Source of the DNA: Escherichia coli
Lineage (GTDB): Bacteria; Pseudomonadota; Gammaproteobacteria; Enterobacterales; Enterobacteriaceae
Reading direction: 5' to 3' (one strand)
Assembly (NCBI RefSeq): GCF_003334335.1
Contig: NZ_QOWQ01000001.1
Length of the DNA stretch: 64,000 bases
Positions 11,016 through 22,190 of this stretch are shown here, in pieces. The stretch's first letter is position 1. Every line of letters starts with the position of its first letter. The notes under the pieces are model-generated. The model had not been told where the DNA came from. It ran no database searches and was given only the letters and a program-made list of their open reading frames with translations. Position numbers and translations under genes: made by a program.

Positions 11016-11936
11016 ATGAGCACCTTAGGTCATCAATACGATAACTCACTGGTTTCCAATGCCTTTGGTTTTTTACGCCTGCCGATGAACTTCCAGCCGT
11101 ATGACAGCGATGCAGACTGGGTGATTACTGGCGTGCCGTTCGATATGGCCACTTCTGGTCGTGCGGGTGGTCGCCACGGTCCGGCAGCGATCCGTCAGGT
11201 TTCGACGAATCTGGCCTGGGAACACAACCGCTTCCCGTGGAATTTCGACATGCGTGAGCGTCTGAACGTCGTGGACTGCGGCGATCTGGTATATGCCTTT
11301 GGCGATGCCCGTGAGATGAGCGAAAAGCTGCAGGCGCACGCCGAGAAGCTGCTGGCTGCCGGTAAGCGTATGCTCTCTTTCGGTGGTGACCACTTTGTTA
11401 CGCTGCCGCTGCTGCGTGCTCATGCGAAGCATTTCGGCAAAATGGCGCTGGTACACTTTGACGCCCACACCGATACCTATGCGAACGGTTGTGAATTTGA
11501 CCACGGCACTATGTTCTATACCGCGCCGAAAGAAGGTCTGATCGACCCGAATCATTCCGTGCAGATTGGTATTCGTACCGAGTTTGATAAAGACAACGGC
11601 TTTACCGTGCTGGACGCCTGCCAGGTGAACGATCGCAGCGTGGATGACGTTATCGCCCAAGTGAAACAGATTGTGGGTGATATGCCGGTTTACCTGACTT
11701 TTGATATCGACTGCCTGGATCCTGCTTTTGCACCAGGCACCGGTACGCCAGTGATTGGCGGCCTGACCTCCGATCGCGCTATTAAACTGGTACGCGGCCT
11801 GAAAGATCTCAACATTGTTGGGATGGACGTAGTGGAAGTGGCTCCGGCATACGATCAGTCGGAAATCACTGCTCTGGCAGCGGCAACGCTGGCGCTGGAA
11901 ATGCTGTATATTCAGGCGGCGAAAAAGGGCGAGTAA
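11016..11936 (+). CDS. speB: Agmatinase (ureohydrolase family), 306 aa
   Basis: Full ORF; arginase-fold metal-binding motifs (GGDH, DAHTD) visible. Confidence 0.95.
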   Translation: MSTLGHQYDNSLVSNAFGFLRLPMNFQPYDSDADWVITGVPFDMATSGRAGGRHGPAAIRQVSTNLAWEHNRFPWNFDMRERLNVVDCGDLVYAFGDAREMSEKLQAHAEKLLAAGKRMLSFGGDHFVTLPLLRAHAKHFGKMALVHFDAHTDTYANGCEFDHGTMFYTAPKEGLIDPNHSVQIGIRTEFDKDNGFTVLDACQVNDRSVDDVIAQVKQIVGDMPVYLTFDIDCLDPAFAPGTGTPVIGGLTSDRAIKLVRGLKDLNIVGMDVVEVAPAYDQSEITALAAATLALEMLYIQAAKKGE

Positions 11937-11975
11937 GCACCAGATGCGATGCGCACGGGTAAAACGTGCCATTAA

Positions 11976-12123
<148 letters not shown>

Positions 12124-12141
12124 GTTCGACACCACCAGGCT

Positions 12142-12900
12142 TTACTTAATCCCATCCGCGCTCATGCGATCGCGAATATGCTGGGCGCGTTCGGCGGATG
12201 CAGGATGGTCGTCAAACATTGAGCTTTGGCGACCTTCTTCCAGTTTTGCCAGTTTTTCAAAGCTGGTGGCAAGACCTGCCGGGCTGATGCCGCGTTGGCG
12301 CAGAAGATCGTAAGAATAATCATCGGCTTCTGCTTCCTGGCGCTGGGAGAATTGCGAATTGACTAATTTCTCGCCCAGATTACCAAGTTGTGATTGAGAT
12401 AAACTTCCGACAATCCCGCCCGCAGAGGCCGCAGCTACTCGCACGGCATTTGTACCAAGTGCCACCTGCATTCCTTTTTTCACATGGCCTAACGCCACGT
12501 GCCCCATTTCGTGACCGATCACCGCTTCGACTTCGTTATCCGTCATCATATCCATCAGCCCGCTATAGACGCGGATACAGCCGTTAGCCATTGCAAAGGC
12601 GTTCACATCCTTCGCCATATACACTTTGTAATTTACCGGCTGACCGTTGATATTGTTGCCTAGCGCATTGGCAATAGTTGTCAGACGTTTAGCGTATTCG
12701 CTATTGGCTGGCGCAATCGTCGCCTTGCTGTCCATCTCCTGACATGCCTGATCGCTCAGGGTTTTCACCTGCGCATCACTCAAACTGTAAGCCTGAAAAG
12801 CTTCCGCTCCTGATGAGAGCAGTCCGTTGGAGTCCATATTCTGGCAACCAGTCAGTACCGTTGCCACGCTCATTGCTACCAATAAGGCGCGAATTTTCAT
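12142..12900 (-). CDS. loiP: Outer-membrane M48 zinc metalloprotease lipoprotein, 252 aa
   Basis: ORF 12142..13119 trimmed to MKIRALLVAMSVATVLTGC (lipobox); HEMGH zinc motif. Confidence 0.9.
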   Translation of the reverse strand: MKIRALLVAMSVATVLTGCQNMDSNGLLSSGAEAFQAYSLSDAQVKTLSDQACQEMDSKATIAPANSEYAKRLTTIANALGNNINGQPVNYKVYMAKDVNAFAMANGCIRVYSGLMDMMTDNEVEAVIGHEMGHVALGHVKKGMQVALGTNAVRVAAASAGGIVGSLSQSQLGNLGEKLVNSQFSQRQEAEADDYSYDLLRQRGISPAGLATSFEKLAKLEEGRQSSMFDDHPASAERAQHIRDRMSADGIK

Positions 12901-13177
12901 GTTTTCTCTTCCGCACAAGGTCAGGATTATTCTAAAAATGCGCCGTTTGCAGGTGAATCGACGCTCAGTCTCAGTATAAGGAAAAGCGCAGCGGACGGGC
13001 GAGTAGATTGCGCAACATGCGAGCATGATCCAGAGATTTCTGAAGCGGCAAAAGGATGTTCCATGTACATGACGCGCGGCTTGCGGTAAATTGTTGGCAA
13101 ATTTTCCGGCGTAGCCCAAAACGCGCTGTCGTCAAGTCGTTAAGGGCGTGCCCTTCATCATCCGATCTGGAGTCAAA

Positions 13178-15169
13178 ATGTCCTCACGTAAAGAGCTTGC
13201 CAATGCTATTCGTGCGCTGAGCATGGACGCAGTACAGAAAGCCAAATCCGGTCACCCGGGTGCCCCTATGGGTATGGCTGACATTGCCGAAGTCCTGTGG
13301 CGTGATTTCCTGAAACACAACCCGCAGAATCCGTCCTGGGCTGACCGTGACCGCTTCGTGCTGTCCAACGGCCACGGCTCCATGCTGATCTACAGCCTGC
13401 TGCACCTCACCGGTTACGATCTGCCGATGGAAGAACTGAAAAACTTCCGTCAGCTGCACTCTAAAACTCCGGGTCACCCGGAAGTGGGTTACACCGCTGG
13501 TGTGGAAACCACCACCGGTCCGCTGGGTCAGGGTATTGCCAACGCAGTCGGTATGGCGATTGCAGAAAAAACGCTGGCGGCGCAGTTTAACCGTCCGGGC
13601 CACGACATTGTCGACCATTACACCTACGCCTTCATGGGCGACGGCTGCATGATGGAAGGCATCTCCCACGAAGTTTGCTCTCTGGCGGGTACGCTGAAGC
13701 TGGGTAAACTGATTGCATTCTACGATGACAACGGTATTTCTATCGATGGTCACGTTGAAGGCTGGTTCACCGACGACACCGCAATGCGTTTCGAAGCTTA
13801 CGGCTGGCACGTTATTCGCGACATCGACGGTCATGACGCGGCATCTATCAAACGCGCAGTAGAAGAAGCGCGCGCAGTGACTGACAAACCTTCCCTGCTG
13901 ATGTGCAAAACCATCATCGGTTTCGGTTCCCCGAACAAAGCCGGTACCCACGACTCCCACGGTGCGCCGCTGGGCGACGCTGAAATTGCCCTGACCCGCG
14001 AACAACTGGGCTGGAAATATGCGCCGTTCGAAATCCCGTCTGAAATCTATGCTCAGTGGGATGCGAAAGAAGCAGGCCAGGCGAAAGAATCCGCATGGAA
14101 CGAGAAATTCGCTGCTTACGCGAAAGCTTATCCGCAGGAAGCCGCTGAATTTACCCGCCGTATGAAAGGCGAAATGCCGTCTGACTTCGACGCTAAAGCG
14201 AAAGAGTTCATCGCTAAACTGCAGGCTAATCCGGCGAAAATCGCCAGCCGTAAAGCGTCTCAGAATGCTATCGAAGCGTTCGGTCCGCTGTTGCCGGAAT
14301 TCCTCGGCGGTTCTGCTGACCTGGCGCCGTCTAACCTGACCCTGTGGTCTGGTTCTAAAGCAATCAACGAAGATGCTGCGGGTAACTACATCCACTACGG
14401 TGTTCGCGAGTTCGGTATGACCGCGATTGCTAACGGTATCTCCCTGCACGGTGGCTTCCTGCCGTACACCTCCACCTTCCTGATGTTCGTGGAATACGCA
14501 CGTAACGCCGTACGTATGGCTGCGCTGATGAAACAGCGTCAGGTGATGGTTTACACCCACGACTCCATCGGTCTGGGCGAAGACGGCCCGACTCACCAGC
14601 CGGTTGAGCAGGTCGCTTCTCTGCGCGTAACCCCGAACATGTCTACATGGCGTCCGTGTGACCAGGTTGAATCCGCGGTCGCGTGGAAATACGGTGTTGA
14701 GCGTCAGGACGGCCCGACCGCACTGATCCTCTCCCGTCAGAACCTGGCGCAGCAGGAACGAACTGAAGAGCAACTGGCAAACATCGCGCGCGGTGGTTAT
14801 GTGCTGAAAGACTGCGCCGGTCAGCCGGAACTGATTTTCATCGCTACCGGTTCAGAAGTTGAACTGGCTGTTGCTGCCTACGAAAAACTGACTGCCGAAG
14901 GCGTGAAAGCGCGCGTGGTGTCCATGCCGTCTACCGACGCATTTGACAAGCAGGATGCTGCTTACCGTGAATCCGTACTGCCGAAAGCGGTTACTGCACG
15001 CGTTGCTGTAGAAGCGGGTATTGCTGACTACTGGTACAAGTATGTTGGCCTGAACGGTGCTATCGTCGGTATGACCACCTTCGGTGAATCTGCTCCGGCA
15101 GAGCTGCTGTTTGAAGAGTTCGGCTTCACTGTTGATAACGTTGTTGCGAAAGCAAAAGAACTGCTGTAA
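13178..15169 (+). CDS. tktA: Transketolase 1, 663 aa
   Basis: ORF 13148..15169 trimmed to [19 protein letters not shown]; TPP-binding motifs. Confidence 0.97.
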   Translation: MSSRKELANAIRALSMDAVQKAKSGHPGAPMGMADIAEVLWRDFLKHNPQNPSWADRDRFVLSNGHGSMLIYSLLHLTGYDLPMEELKNFRQLHSKTPGHPEVGYTAGVETTTGPLGQGIANAVGMAIAEKTLAAQFNRPGHDIVDHYTYAFMGDGCMMEGISHEVCSLAGTLKLGKLIAFYDDNGISIDGHVEGWFTDDTAMRFEAYGWHVIRDIDGHDAASIKRAVEEARAVTDKPSLLMCKTIIGFGSPNKAGTHDSHGAPLGDAEIALTREQLGWKYAPFEIPSEIYAQWDAKEAGQAKESAWNEKFAAYAKAYPQEAAEFTRRMKGEMPSDFDAKAKEFIAKLQANPAKIASRKASQNAIEAFGPLLPEFLGGSADLAPSNLTLWSGSKAINEDAAGNYIHYGVREFGMTAIANGISLHGGFLPYTSTFLMFVEYARNAVRMAALMKQRQVMVYTHDSIGLGEDGPTHQPVEQVASLRVTPNMSTWRPCDQVESAVAWKYGVERQDGPTALILSRQNLAQQERTEEQLANIARGGYVLKDCAGQPELIFIATGSEVELAVAAYEKLTAEGVKARVVSMPSTDAFDKQDAAYRESVLPKAVTARVAVEAGIADYWYKYVGLNGAIVGMTTFGESAPAELLFEEFGFTVDNVVAKAKELL

Positions 15170-15183
15170 TTAGCATTTCGGGT

Positions 15184-15212
15184 AAAAAGGTCGCTTCGGC
15201 GACCTTTTTTAT
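15184..15212 (+). terminator. Rho-independent terminator of tktA
   Basis: ggtcgc-ttcg-gcgacc stem-loop followed by tttttt. Confidence 0.8.
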
Positions 15213-15482
15213 TACCTTGATATGTCCGTTTGCGGACAAGCAATAGATAAGGCGTGTTGTAGATCACAAATATTTATATGCAATAAATATCAATTATGTA
15301 ATATGCATCACGATATGCGTATTGACATTTGTTGTTATATCTATAACTCAATGTTATATAAGAAATTAATAATTCACTGTTTTCAAAACACCGGTTTCCC
15401 TGCTCAATTGCTTTCATTAAACCGCACGAGTATTTTATTTTTACCGCCGGACGGTACCCTAAAAATAAAATAAGGATAATTT

Positions 15483-15926
15483 ATGCGGCTTAGTGATTAT
15501 TTTCCAGAATCATCAATCTCAGTTATACATTCAGCAAAAGATTGGCAGGAAGCTATCGATTTCTCGATGGTATCATTGCTGGATAAAAACTATATCAGCG
15601 AGAATTACATTCAGGCAATTAAAGATTCCACCATTAACAATGGCCCTTATTATATTCTCGCACCAGGCGTGGCAATGCCTCATGCGCGACCGGAATGTGG
15701 GGCGCTTAAAACCGGGATGTCTTTGACATTACTTGAACAAGGTGTTTATTTTCCGGGGAATGACGAACCAATTAAATTACTCATCGGACTCTCTGCTGCC
15801 GATGCCGATTCGCACATTGGCGCTATTCAGGCGTTAAGTGAATTACTGTGCGAAGAAGAAATACTCGAACAACTCTTAACAGCATCATCAGAAAAACAAT
15901 TAGCGGACATTATCAGCCGCGGATAA
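15483..15926 (+). CDS. cmtB: PTS EIIA component, mannitol-family (cryptic), 147 aa
   Basis: Full ORF; PTS EIIA(Mtl/Fru)-like sequence with the phospho-acceptor His region (PHARPECG). Confidence 0.9.
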   Translation: MRLSDYFPESSISVIHSAKDWQEAIDFSMVSLLDKNYISENYIQAIKDSTINNGPYYILAPGVAMPHARPECGALKTGMSLTLLEQGVYFPGNDEPIKLLIGLSAADADSHIGAIQALSELLCEEEILEQLLTASSEKQLADIISRG

Positions 15927-15953
15927 TTACTCTCTCCTCTACAGGATAATATT

Positions 15954-17342
15954 ATGGAAAACAAGTCTGCTCGTGCAAAGGTCCAGGCTTTTGGGGGCTT
16001 TTTGACTGCAATGGTCATCCCCAATATTGGTGCTTTTATTGCCTGGGGTTTTATTACTGCGTTATTTATTCCCACCGGTTGGCTGCCTAACGAACATTTC
16101 GCCAAAATTGTCGGCCCGATGATTACCTATTTATTGCCCGTGATGATTGGTTCTACAGGTGGTCATCTGGTCGGCGGTAAACGCGGGGCGGTCATGGGCG
16201 GAATAGGTACTATTGGTGTGATCGTTGGCGCAGAGATCCCGATGTTCCTTGGCTCAATGATCATGGGGCCGCTCGGTGGGTTGGTCATAAAATATGTCGA
16301 TAAGGCACTGGAAAAACGCATACCTGCCGGTTTTGAGATGGTTATCAATAACTTCTCATTAGGTATCGCGGGGATGCTCCTTTGTCTGCTGGGTTTTGAA
16401 GTTATCGGCCCGGCGGTGTTAATTGCCAATACTTTCGTCAAAGAGTGTATTGAGGCGCTGGTACATGCGGGTTATCTGCCATTGTTGTCAGTCATCAATG
16501 AACCGGCGAAAGTGCTTTTCCTCAATAATGCGATCGATCAGGGCGTCTATTATCCGCTGGGAATGCAACAGGCTTCGGTTAACGGTAAATCCATCTTCTT
16601 TATGGTGGCCTCTAACCCAGGTCCGGGCCTGGGGCTGCTGCTGGCGTTTACCTTGTTTGGTAAAGGGATGAGTAAACGTTCTGCGCCCGGGGCGATGATT
16701 ATTCACTTCCTCGGTGGGATCCACGAACTGTATTTCCCGTATGTGCTGATGAAGCCGCTGACCATTATTGCCATGATTGCGGGCGGTATGTCTGGCACCT
16801 GGATGTTTAACTTACTGGACGGTGGTCTGGTGGCTGGCCCAAGTCCGGGGTCTATCTTTGCTTACCTGGCACTGACGCCGAAAGGCTCGTTCTTGGCGAC
16901 AATTGCCGGTGTTACGGTAGGTACCCTGGTGTCCTTTGCTATTACTTCGCTGATACTGAAGATGGAAAAAACGGTGGAAACGGAGAGCGAAGATGAGTTT
17001 GCTCAGTCAGCCAATGCGGTTAAGGCGATGAAACAAGAGGGTGCATTCTCGTTAAGCAGGGTTAAGCGTATCGCCTTTGTTTGCGATGCGGGGATGGGCT
17101 CCAGTGCGATGGGCGCGACCACCTTCCGTAAACGCCTGGAAAAAGCGGGGCTGGCAATTGAAGTAAAACATTACGCCATAGAAAACGTGCCTGCGGATGC
17201 GGATATCGTCGTTACTCATGCCAGTCTGGAAGGGCGCGTGAAACGTGTGACGGATAAACCACTGATATTGATTAATAACTATATTGGCGATCCAAAACTC
17301 GACACTTTATTTAATCAATTAACCGCCGAACATAAACACTGA
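15954..17342 (+). CDS. cmtA: PTS EIICB component, mannitol-family (cryptic), 462 aa
   Basis: Full ORF; polytopic membrane EIIC domain plus C-terminal EIIB with CDAGMGSS phospho-Cys motif. Confidence 0.9.
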   Translation: MENKSARAKVQAFGGFLTAMVIPNIGAFIAWGFITALFIPTGWLPNEHFAKIVGPMITYLLPVMIGSTGGHLVGGKRGAVMGGIGTIGVIVGAEIPMFLGSMIMGPLGGLVIKYVDKALEKRIPAGFEMVINNFSLGIAGMLLCLLGFEVIGPAVLIANTFVKECIEALVHAGYLPLLSVINEPAKVLFLNNAIDQGVYYPLGMQQASVNGKSIFFMVASNPGPGLGLLLAFTLFGKGMSKRSAPGAMIIHFLGGIHELYFPYVLMKPLTIIAMIAGGMSGTWMFNLLDGGLVAGPSPGSIFAYLALTPKGSFLATIAGVTVGTLVSFAITSLILKMEKTVETESEDEFAQSANAVKAMKQEGAFSLSRVKRIAFVCDAGMGSSAMGATTFRKRLEKAGLAIEVKHYAIENVPADADIVVTHASLEGRVKRVTDKPLILINNYIGDPKLDTLFNQLTAEHKH

Positions 17343-17356
17343 TTACAGAGGTAAAA

Positions 17357-18634
17357 ATGAAAACCAAAGTTGCTGCTATTTATGGCAAGCGGGATGTCCG
17401 TCTGCGCGTATTTGAACTGCCAGAAATTACCGATAATGAATTACTGGTGAGTGTAATTTCTGACAGCGTCTGTTTATCGACCTGGAAAGCGGCGTTACTC
17501 GGTAGTGAACATAAACGCGTACCCGACGATTTAGAAAATCATCCGGTCATTACCGGGCATGAATGTGCCGGGGTTATTGTCGAAGTGGGTAAAAATCTCA
17601 CTGGCAAATATAAAAAAGGCCAGCGTTTTGTATTGCAACCGGCGATGGGGTTACCAAGCGGATATTCAGCGGGCTACAGCTACGAATATTTTGGCGGCAA
17701 TGCCACTTATATGATTATTCCCGAAATCGCCATTAATTTGGGCTGCGTATTACCGTATCACGGCTCTTATTTTGCTGCGGCGTCGCTGGCAGAGCCTATG
17801 TGCTGCATTATTGGTGCTTATCATGCCAATTATCACACCACGCAATATGTTTATGAGCATCGCATGGGCGTCAAACCTGGCGGCAATATTGCACTGCTGG
17901 CGTGTGCAGGTCCGATGGGCATTGGCGCTATCGATTACGCCATTAACGGCGGCATACAACCGTCGCGGGTGGTGGTGGTCGATATCGACGACAAACGTCT
18001 GGCGCAGGTACAGAAGCTGCTGCCGGTGGAACTGGCGGCCAGTAAAGGCATTGAGCTGGTGTATGTGAATACCAAAGGGATGAGCGATCCTGTCCAGATG
18101 CTGCGGGCGCTGACAGGAGATGCCGGGTTCGATGACATTTTTGTTTATGCGGCGGTGCCTGCTGTCGTTGAGATGGCTGATGAATTACTGGCGGAAGATG
18201 GCTGTCTGAACTTCTTTGCCGGGCCGACGGATAAAAACTTCAAAGTGCCGTTTAATTTCTACAACGTCCATTACAACAGCACGCACGTCGTCGGTACATC
18301 TGGCGGTTCAACGGACGACATGAAAGAGGCGATTGCCCTTAGCGCCACTGGGCAGTTACAGCCGTCGTTTATGGTGACCCATATCGGTGGCCTGGATGCG
18401 GTGCCAGAAACCGTGCTCAATCTGCCGGATATCCCTGGCGGTAAAAAACTCATTTATAACGGCGTGACCATGCCGCTCACTGCCATTGCCGATTTTGCCG
18501 AAAAAGGCAAAACCGATCCGCTGTTTAAAGAGTTGGCGCGGCTGGTTGAGGAAACGCACGGCATCTGGAATGAACAGGCCGAGAAATATCTGCTGGCACA
18601 ATTTGGCGTTGATATCGGGGAGGCCGCGCAATGA
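17357..18634 (+). CDS. yggP: Zinc-dependent medium-chain dehydrogenase/reductase-like protein, 425 aa
   Basis: Full ORF; MDR-like motifs (GHECAG); stop overlaps the yggF start. Confidence 0.85.
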   Translation: MKTKVAAIYGKRDVRLRVFELPEITDNELLVSVISDSVCLSTWKAALLGSEHKRVPDDLENHPVITGHECAGVIVEVGKNLTGKYKKGQRFVLQPAMGLPSGYSAGYSYEYFGGNATYMIIPEIAINLGCVLPYHGSYFAAASLAEPMCCIIGAYHANYHTTQYVYEHRMGVKPGGNIALLACAGPMGIGAIDYAINGGIQPSRVVVVDIDDKRLAQVQKLLPVELAASKGIELVYVNTKGMSDPVQMLRALTGDAGFDDIFVYAAVPAVVEMADELLAEDGCLNFFAGPTDKNFKVPFNFYNVHYNSTHVVGTSGGSTDDMKEAIALSATGQLQPSFMVTHIGGLDAVPETVLNLPDIPGGKKLIYNGVTMPLTAIADFAEKGKTDPLFKELARLVEETHGIWNEQAEKYLLAQFGVDIGEAAQ

Positions 18635-19596
18635 TGTCCCTGGCGTGGCCATTATTTCGCGTTACGGAACAGGCAGCGTTGGCTGCCTGGCCGCAAACCG
18701 GATGTGGCGACAAAAATAAAATTGATGGCCTGGCGGTCACCGCGATGCGCCAGGCATTAAACGACGTCGCTTTTCGTGGACGAGTGGTTATCGGCGAAGG
18801 AGAAATTGACCATGCGCCGATGCTGTGGATTGGCGAAGAGGTGGGCAAAGGCGATGGGCCAGAAGTCGATATCGCGGTTGATCCCATTGAAGGCACGCGG
18901 ATGGTGGCGATGGGGCAGAGCAATGCGCTGGCGGTCATGGCTTTCGCCCCTCGAGATAGCCTGTTACATGCGCCCGATATGTATATGAAAAAGCTGGTTG
19001 TTAATCGGCTGGCGGCGGGCGCGATTGATCTGTCTTTGCCTCTGACGGACAACCTGCGCAACGTGGCGAAAGCGTTAGGCAAACCGCTGGATAAGCTGCG
19101 CATGGTTACGCTGGATAAACCGCGCCTGAGTGCCGCGATTGAGGAAGCAACACAGCTGGGCGTGAAGGTTTTTGCCCTGCCGGATGGCGATGTCGCCGCC
19201 AGCGTGCTGACCTGCTGGCAGGATAATCCTTACGATGTGATGTACACCATCGGCGGTGCGCCAGAAGGCGTGATTTCTGCCTGTGCCGTTAAAGCATTAG
19301 GCGGGGATATGCAGGCCGAGCTGATTGACTTTTGCCAGGCTAAAGGGGATTACACGGAAAATCGGCAGATTGCAGAGCAGGAGCGCAAGCGTTGCAAGGC
19401 AATGGGCGTTGACGTTAACCGTGTGTACTCGCTCGATGAACTGGTGAGGGGGAACGATATCCTCTTTAGCGCTACGGGCGTGACGGGCGGTGAGCTGGTG
19501 AACGGTATCCAACAGACGGCGAATGGGGTGCGGACGCAGACATTACTGATCGGCGGCGCGGACCAAACGTGTAATATAATAGACTCCCTGCATTGA
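18631..19596 (+). CDS. yggF: Fructose-1,6-bisphosphatase class II (GlpX paralogue), 321 aa
   Basis: Full ORF recognised as GlpX-like FBPase. Confidence 0.9.
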   Translation: MMSLAWPLFRVTEQAALAAWPQTGCGDKNKIDGLAVTAMRQALNDVAFRGRVVIGEGEIDHAPMLWIGEEVGKGDGPEVDIAVDPIEGTRMVAMGQSNALAVMAFAPRDSLLHAPDMYMKKLVVNRLAAGAIDLSLPLTDNLRNVAKALGKPLDKLRMVTLDKPRLSAAIEEATQLGVKVFALPDGDVAASVLTCWQDNPYDVMYTIGGAPEGVISACAVKALGGDMQAELIDFCQAKGDYTENRQIAEQERKRCKAMGVDVNRVYSLDELVRGNDILFSATGVTGGELVNGIQQTANGVRTQTLLIGGADQTCNIIDSLH

Positions 19597-19617
19597 TGGT
19601 GATCTATCGGAAGACCA

Positions 19618-20127
19618 ATGGCGACGCTGACAGAAGATGATGTGCTTGAGCAACTGGATGCACAGGACAATTTATTTTCATTTATGAAAACTGCGCATAC
19701 CATTTTGCTCCAGGGGATACGCCAGTTTCTGCCGTCGCTGTTTGTCGATAACGATGAAGAGATCGTGGAATATGCAGTGAAGCCGTTACTCGCCCAAAGC
19801 GGCCCGCTTGACGATATTGATGTTGCACTGCGTTTGATTTATGCGTTGGGGAAAATGGATAAATGGTTGTACGCCGATATCACGCATTTTTCCCAGTTCT
19901 GGCATTACCTGAACGAACAGGATGAAACGCCCGGATTTGCCGATGACATGACCTGGGATTTTATCAGCAACGTCAATAGCATAACCCGCAATGCGATGCT
20001 CTATGACGCGTTAAAAGCGATGAAGTTCGCTGATTTCTCCGTCTGGTCAGAGGCGCGTTTTAGCGGAATGGTCAAAACGGCGCTGACGCTGGCAGTAACG
20101 ACCACCTTAAAGGAATTAACGCCGTGA
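19618..20127 (+). CDS. yggD: MtlR-like (mannitol operon repressor family) protein, 169 aa
   Basis: Full ORF; small acidic helical protein resembling MtlR; stop overlaps the yggC start. Confidence 0.8.
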   Translation: MATLTEDDVLEQLDAQDNLFSFMKTAHTILLQGIRQFLPSLFVDNDEEIVEYAVKPLLAQSGPLDDIDVALRLIYALGKMDKWLYADITHFSQFWHYLNEQDETPGFADDMTWDFISNVNSITRNAMLYDALKAMKFADFSVWSEARFSGMVKTALTLAVTTTLKELTP

Positions 20128-20837
20128 AAATTGAATTAACGGTGAATGGGCTGAAGATACAGGCACAGTACCAGAACGAAGAGATTGAAAATGTACATAA
20201 ACCGTTGCTGCACATGTTGGCGGCCTTACAGACGGTAAATCCGCAGCGGCGTACGGTGGTTTTTCTTTGCGCTCCGCCGGGGACGGGTAAATCAACCCTA
20301 ACCACCTTCTGGGAATATCTCGCGCAACAAGACCCGGAACTGCCCGCTATTCAGACGCTCCCGATGGATGGTTTTCACCATTACAATAGCTGGCTGGATG
20401 CGCATCAATTGCGCCCCTTCAAAGGCGCACCAGAGACATTTGACGTTGCGAAACTGACGGAAAATCTGCGCCAGGTCGTGGAAGGGGATTGTACGTGGCC
20501 GCAGTACGATCGACAAAAGCATGATCCTGTTGAAGATGCGTTGCACGTTACCGCACCACTCGTCATCGTCGAAGGAAACTGGTTGTTACTGGATGATGAA
20601 AAGTGGCTGGAGTTGGCATCTTTCTGCGATTTTTCTATTTTTATTCATGCACCTGCTCAAATTCTGCGGGAGCGCTTGATTAGTCGTAAAATTGCGGGAG
20701 GATTAACGCGGCAAGTAGCCGAAGCATTTTATGCCCGCACCGATGGCCCCAATGTCGAGCGTGTGCTGATGAATAGCCGTCAGGCCAATCTGATAGTAGA
20801 GATGACTGAAGAAGGCCGGTATCACTTCACAAGCTGA
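20124..20837 (+). CDS. yggC: P-loop nucleoside/sugar kinase-like protein, 237 aa
   Basis: Full ORF; Walker A APPGTGKST. Confidence 0.85.
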   Translation: MKIELTVNGLKIQAQYQNEEIENVHKPLLHMLAALQTVNPQRRTVVFLCAPPGTGKSTLTTFWEYLAQQDPELPAIQTLPMDGFHHYNSWLDAHQLRPFKGAPETFDVAKLTENLRQVVEGDCTWPQYDRQKHDPVEDALHVTAPLVIVEGNWLLLDDEKWLELASFCDFSIFIHAPAQILRERLISRKIAGGLTRQVAEAFYARTDGPNVERVLMNSRQANLIVEMTEEGRYHFTS

Positions 20838-20984
20838 CAATTTATTCCAGTTATTGTAGGGTTATTATTACGCCAGCCTGGAATAAAGCTTCCCACAAAA
20901 GGGGATAAAAGTGTGATGTGAGTCAGATAAATGTCTTCTTCGGCTGGACAAACATTCCTTTTATTCCACGTTTCGCTTATCCTA

Positions 20985-21001
20985 GCTGAAGCGTTTCAGT
21001 C
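20985..21001. promoter_or_regulatory. Cra (FruR)-type operator-like palindrome upstream of epd
   Basis: gctgaagcgtttcagtc fits the TGAA-N-TTCA Cra half-site arrangement, about 120 bp upstream of the epd ATG. Confidence 0.4.
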
Positions 21002-21121
21002 GATTAAATGTTCGACAATTAACCAATCAGTCGCAGTTTGCGACAGGTAAGGTTTCCCCGGACGATTTGCTGGATTACTCTGTCTGGCAAATTTGCTCAG
21101 GGAAAACCTTGCAGGAGATCT

Positions 21122-22141
21122 ATGACCGTACGCGTAGCGATAAATGGCTTCGGTCGCATCGGGCGTAATGTGGTTCGTGCTTTGTATGAATCCGGACGCC
21201 GGGCGGAAATTACCGTGGTGGCAATCAACGAACTGGCGGATGCTGCGGGCATGGCGCATTTGTTGAAATATGACACCAGCCATGGCCGTTTTGCATGGGA
21301 AGTACGACAGGAACGCGATCAACTTTTTGTTGGTGATGACGCCATCCGCGTATTGCATGAACGTTCACTGCAATCGCTCCCCTGGCGTGAACTTGGCGTT
21401 GATGTAGTCCTCGACTGCACCGGCGTATATGGCTCCCGCGAGCATGGCGAAGCGCATATTGCCGCCGGGGCCAAAAAAGTGCTCTTTTCACATCCTGGCA
21501 GTAACGATCTCGACGCGACCGTTGTTTACGGCGTCAATCAGGATCAACTTCGTGCGGAACACCGCATCGTTTCTAACGCTTCCTGTACCACGAATTGCAT
21601 AATTCCCGTCATCAAATTGTTAGATGATGCGTACGGTATTGAGTCCGGCACTGTGACCACAATTCACTCCGCCATGCACGATCAACAGGTTATTGATGCA
21701 TACCATCCTGACCTGCGTCGCACCCGGGCAGCCAGCCAGTCGATCATTCCGGTCGATACTAAACTGGCCGCCGGTATCACACGATTTTTTCCGCAATTTA
21801 ACGATCGCTTTGAAGCGATTGCGGTACGTGTGCCAACCATAAATGTGACGGCAATCGATTTAAGCGTGACGGTGAAGAAACCTGTAAAAGCCAATGAAGT
21901 CAACCTGTTGCTGCAAAAAGCAGCACAAGGTGCATTTCATGGTATAGTTGACTATACGGAATTGCCGTTGGTCTCTGTAGATTTTAACCACGATCCGCAC
22001 AGTGCCATTGTCGATGGCACCCAAACCCGGGTCAGTGGCGCACACCTGATCAAAACGTTGGTCTGGTGCGATAACGAATGGGGCTTTGCTAACCGAATGC
22101 TCGACACGACGTTAGCTATGGCTACTGTTGCTTTCAGGTAA
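21122..22141 (+). CDS. epd: D-erythrose-4-phosphate dehydrogenase, 339 aa
   Basis: ORF 21038..22141 trimmed to [17 protein letters not shown]; GAPDH-family fold with active-site SNASCTTNC. Confidence 0.95.
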
Positions 22142-22190
22142 GACGCAAGCAGCGTCTGCAAAACTTTTAGAATCAACGAGAGGATTCACC

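Noticed and set aside
13184-14773. 529-aa minus-strand ORF
   Set aside because: Lies entirely antisense within tktA; typical stop-free antisense frame of a GC-rich, highly expressed gene, with no start context or recognisable domain.
15222-15473. 83-aa ORF in the AT-rich cmtB leader
   Set aside because: AT-rich promoter DNA readily gives random open frames; the peptide is low-complexity and lacks a ribosome-binding site.
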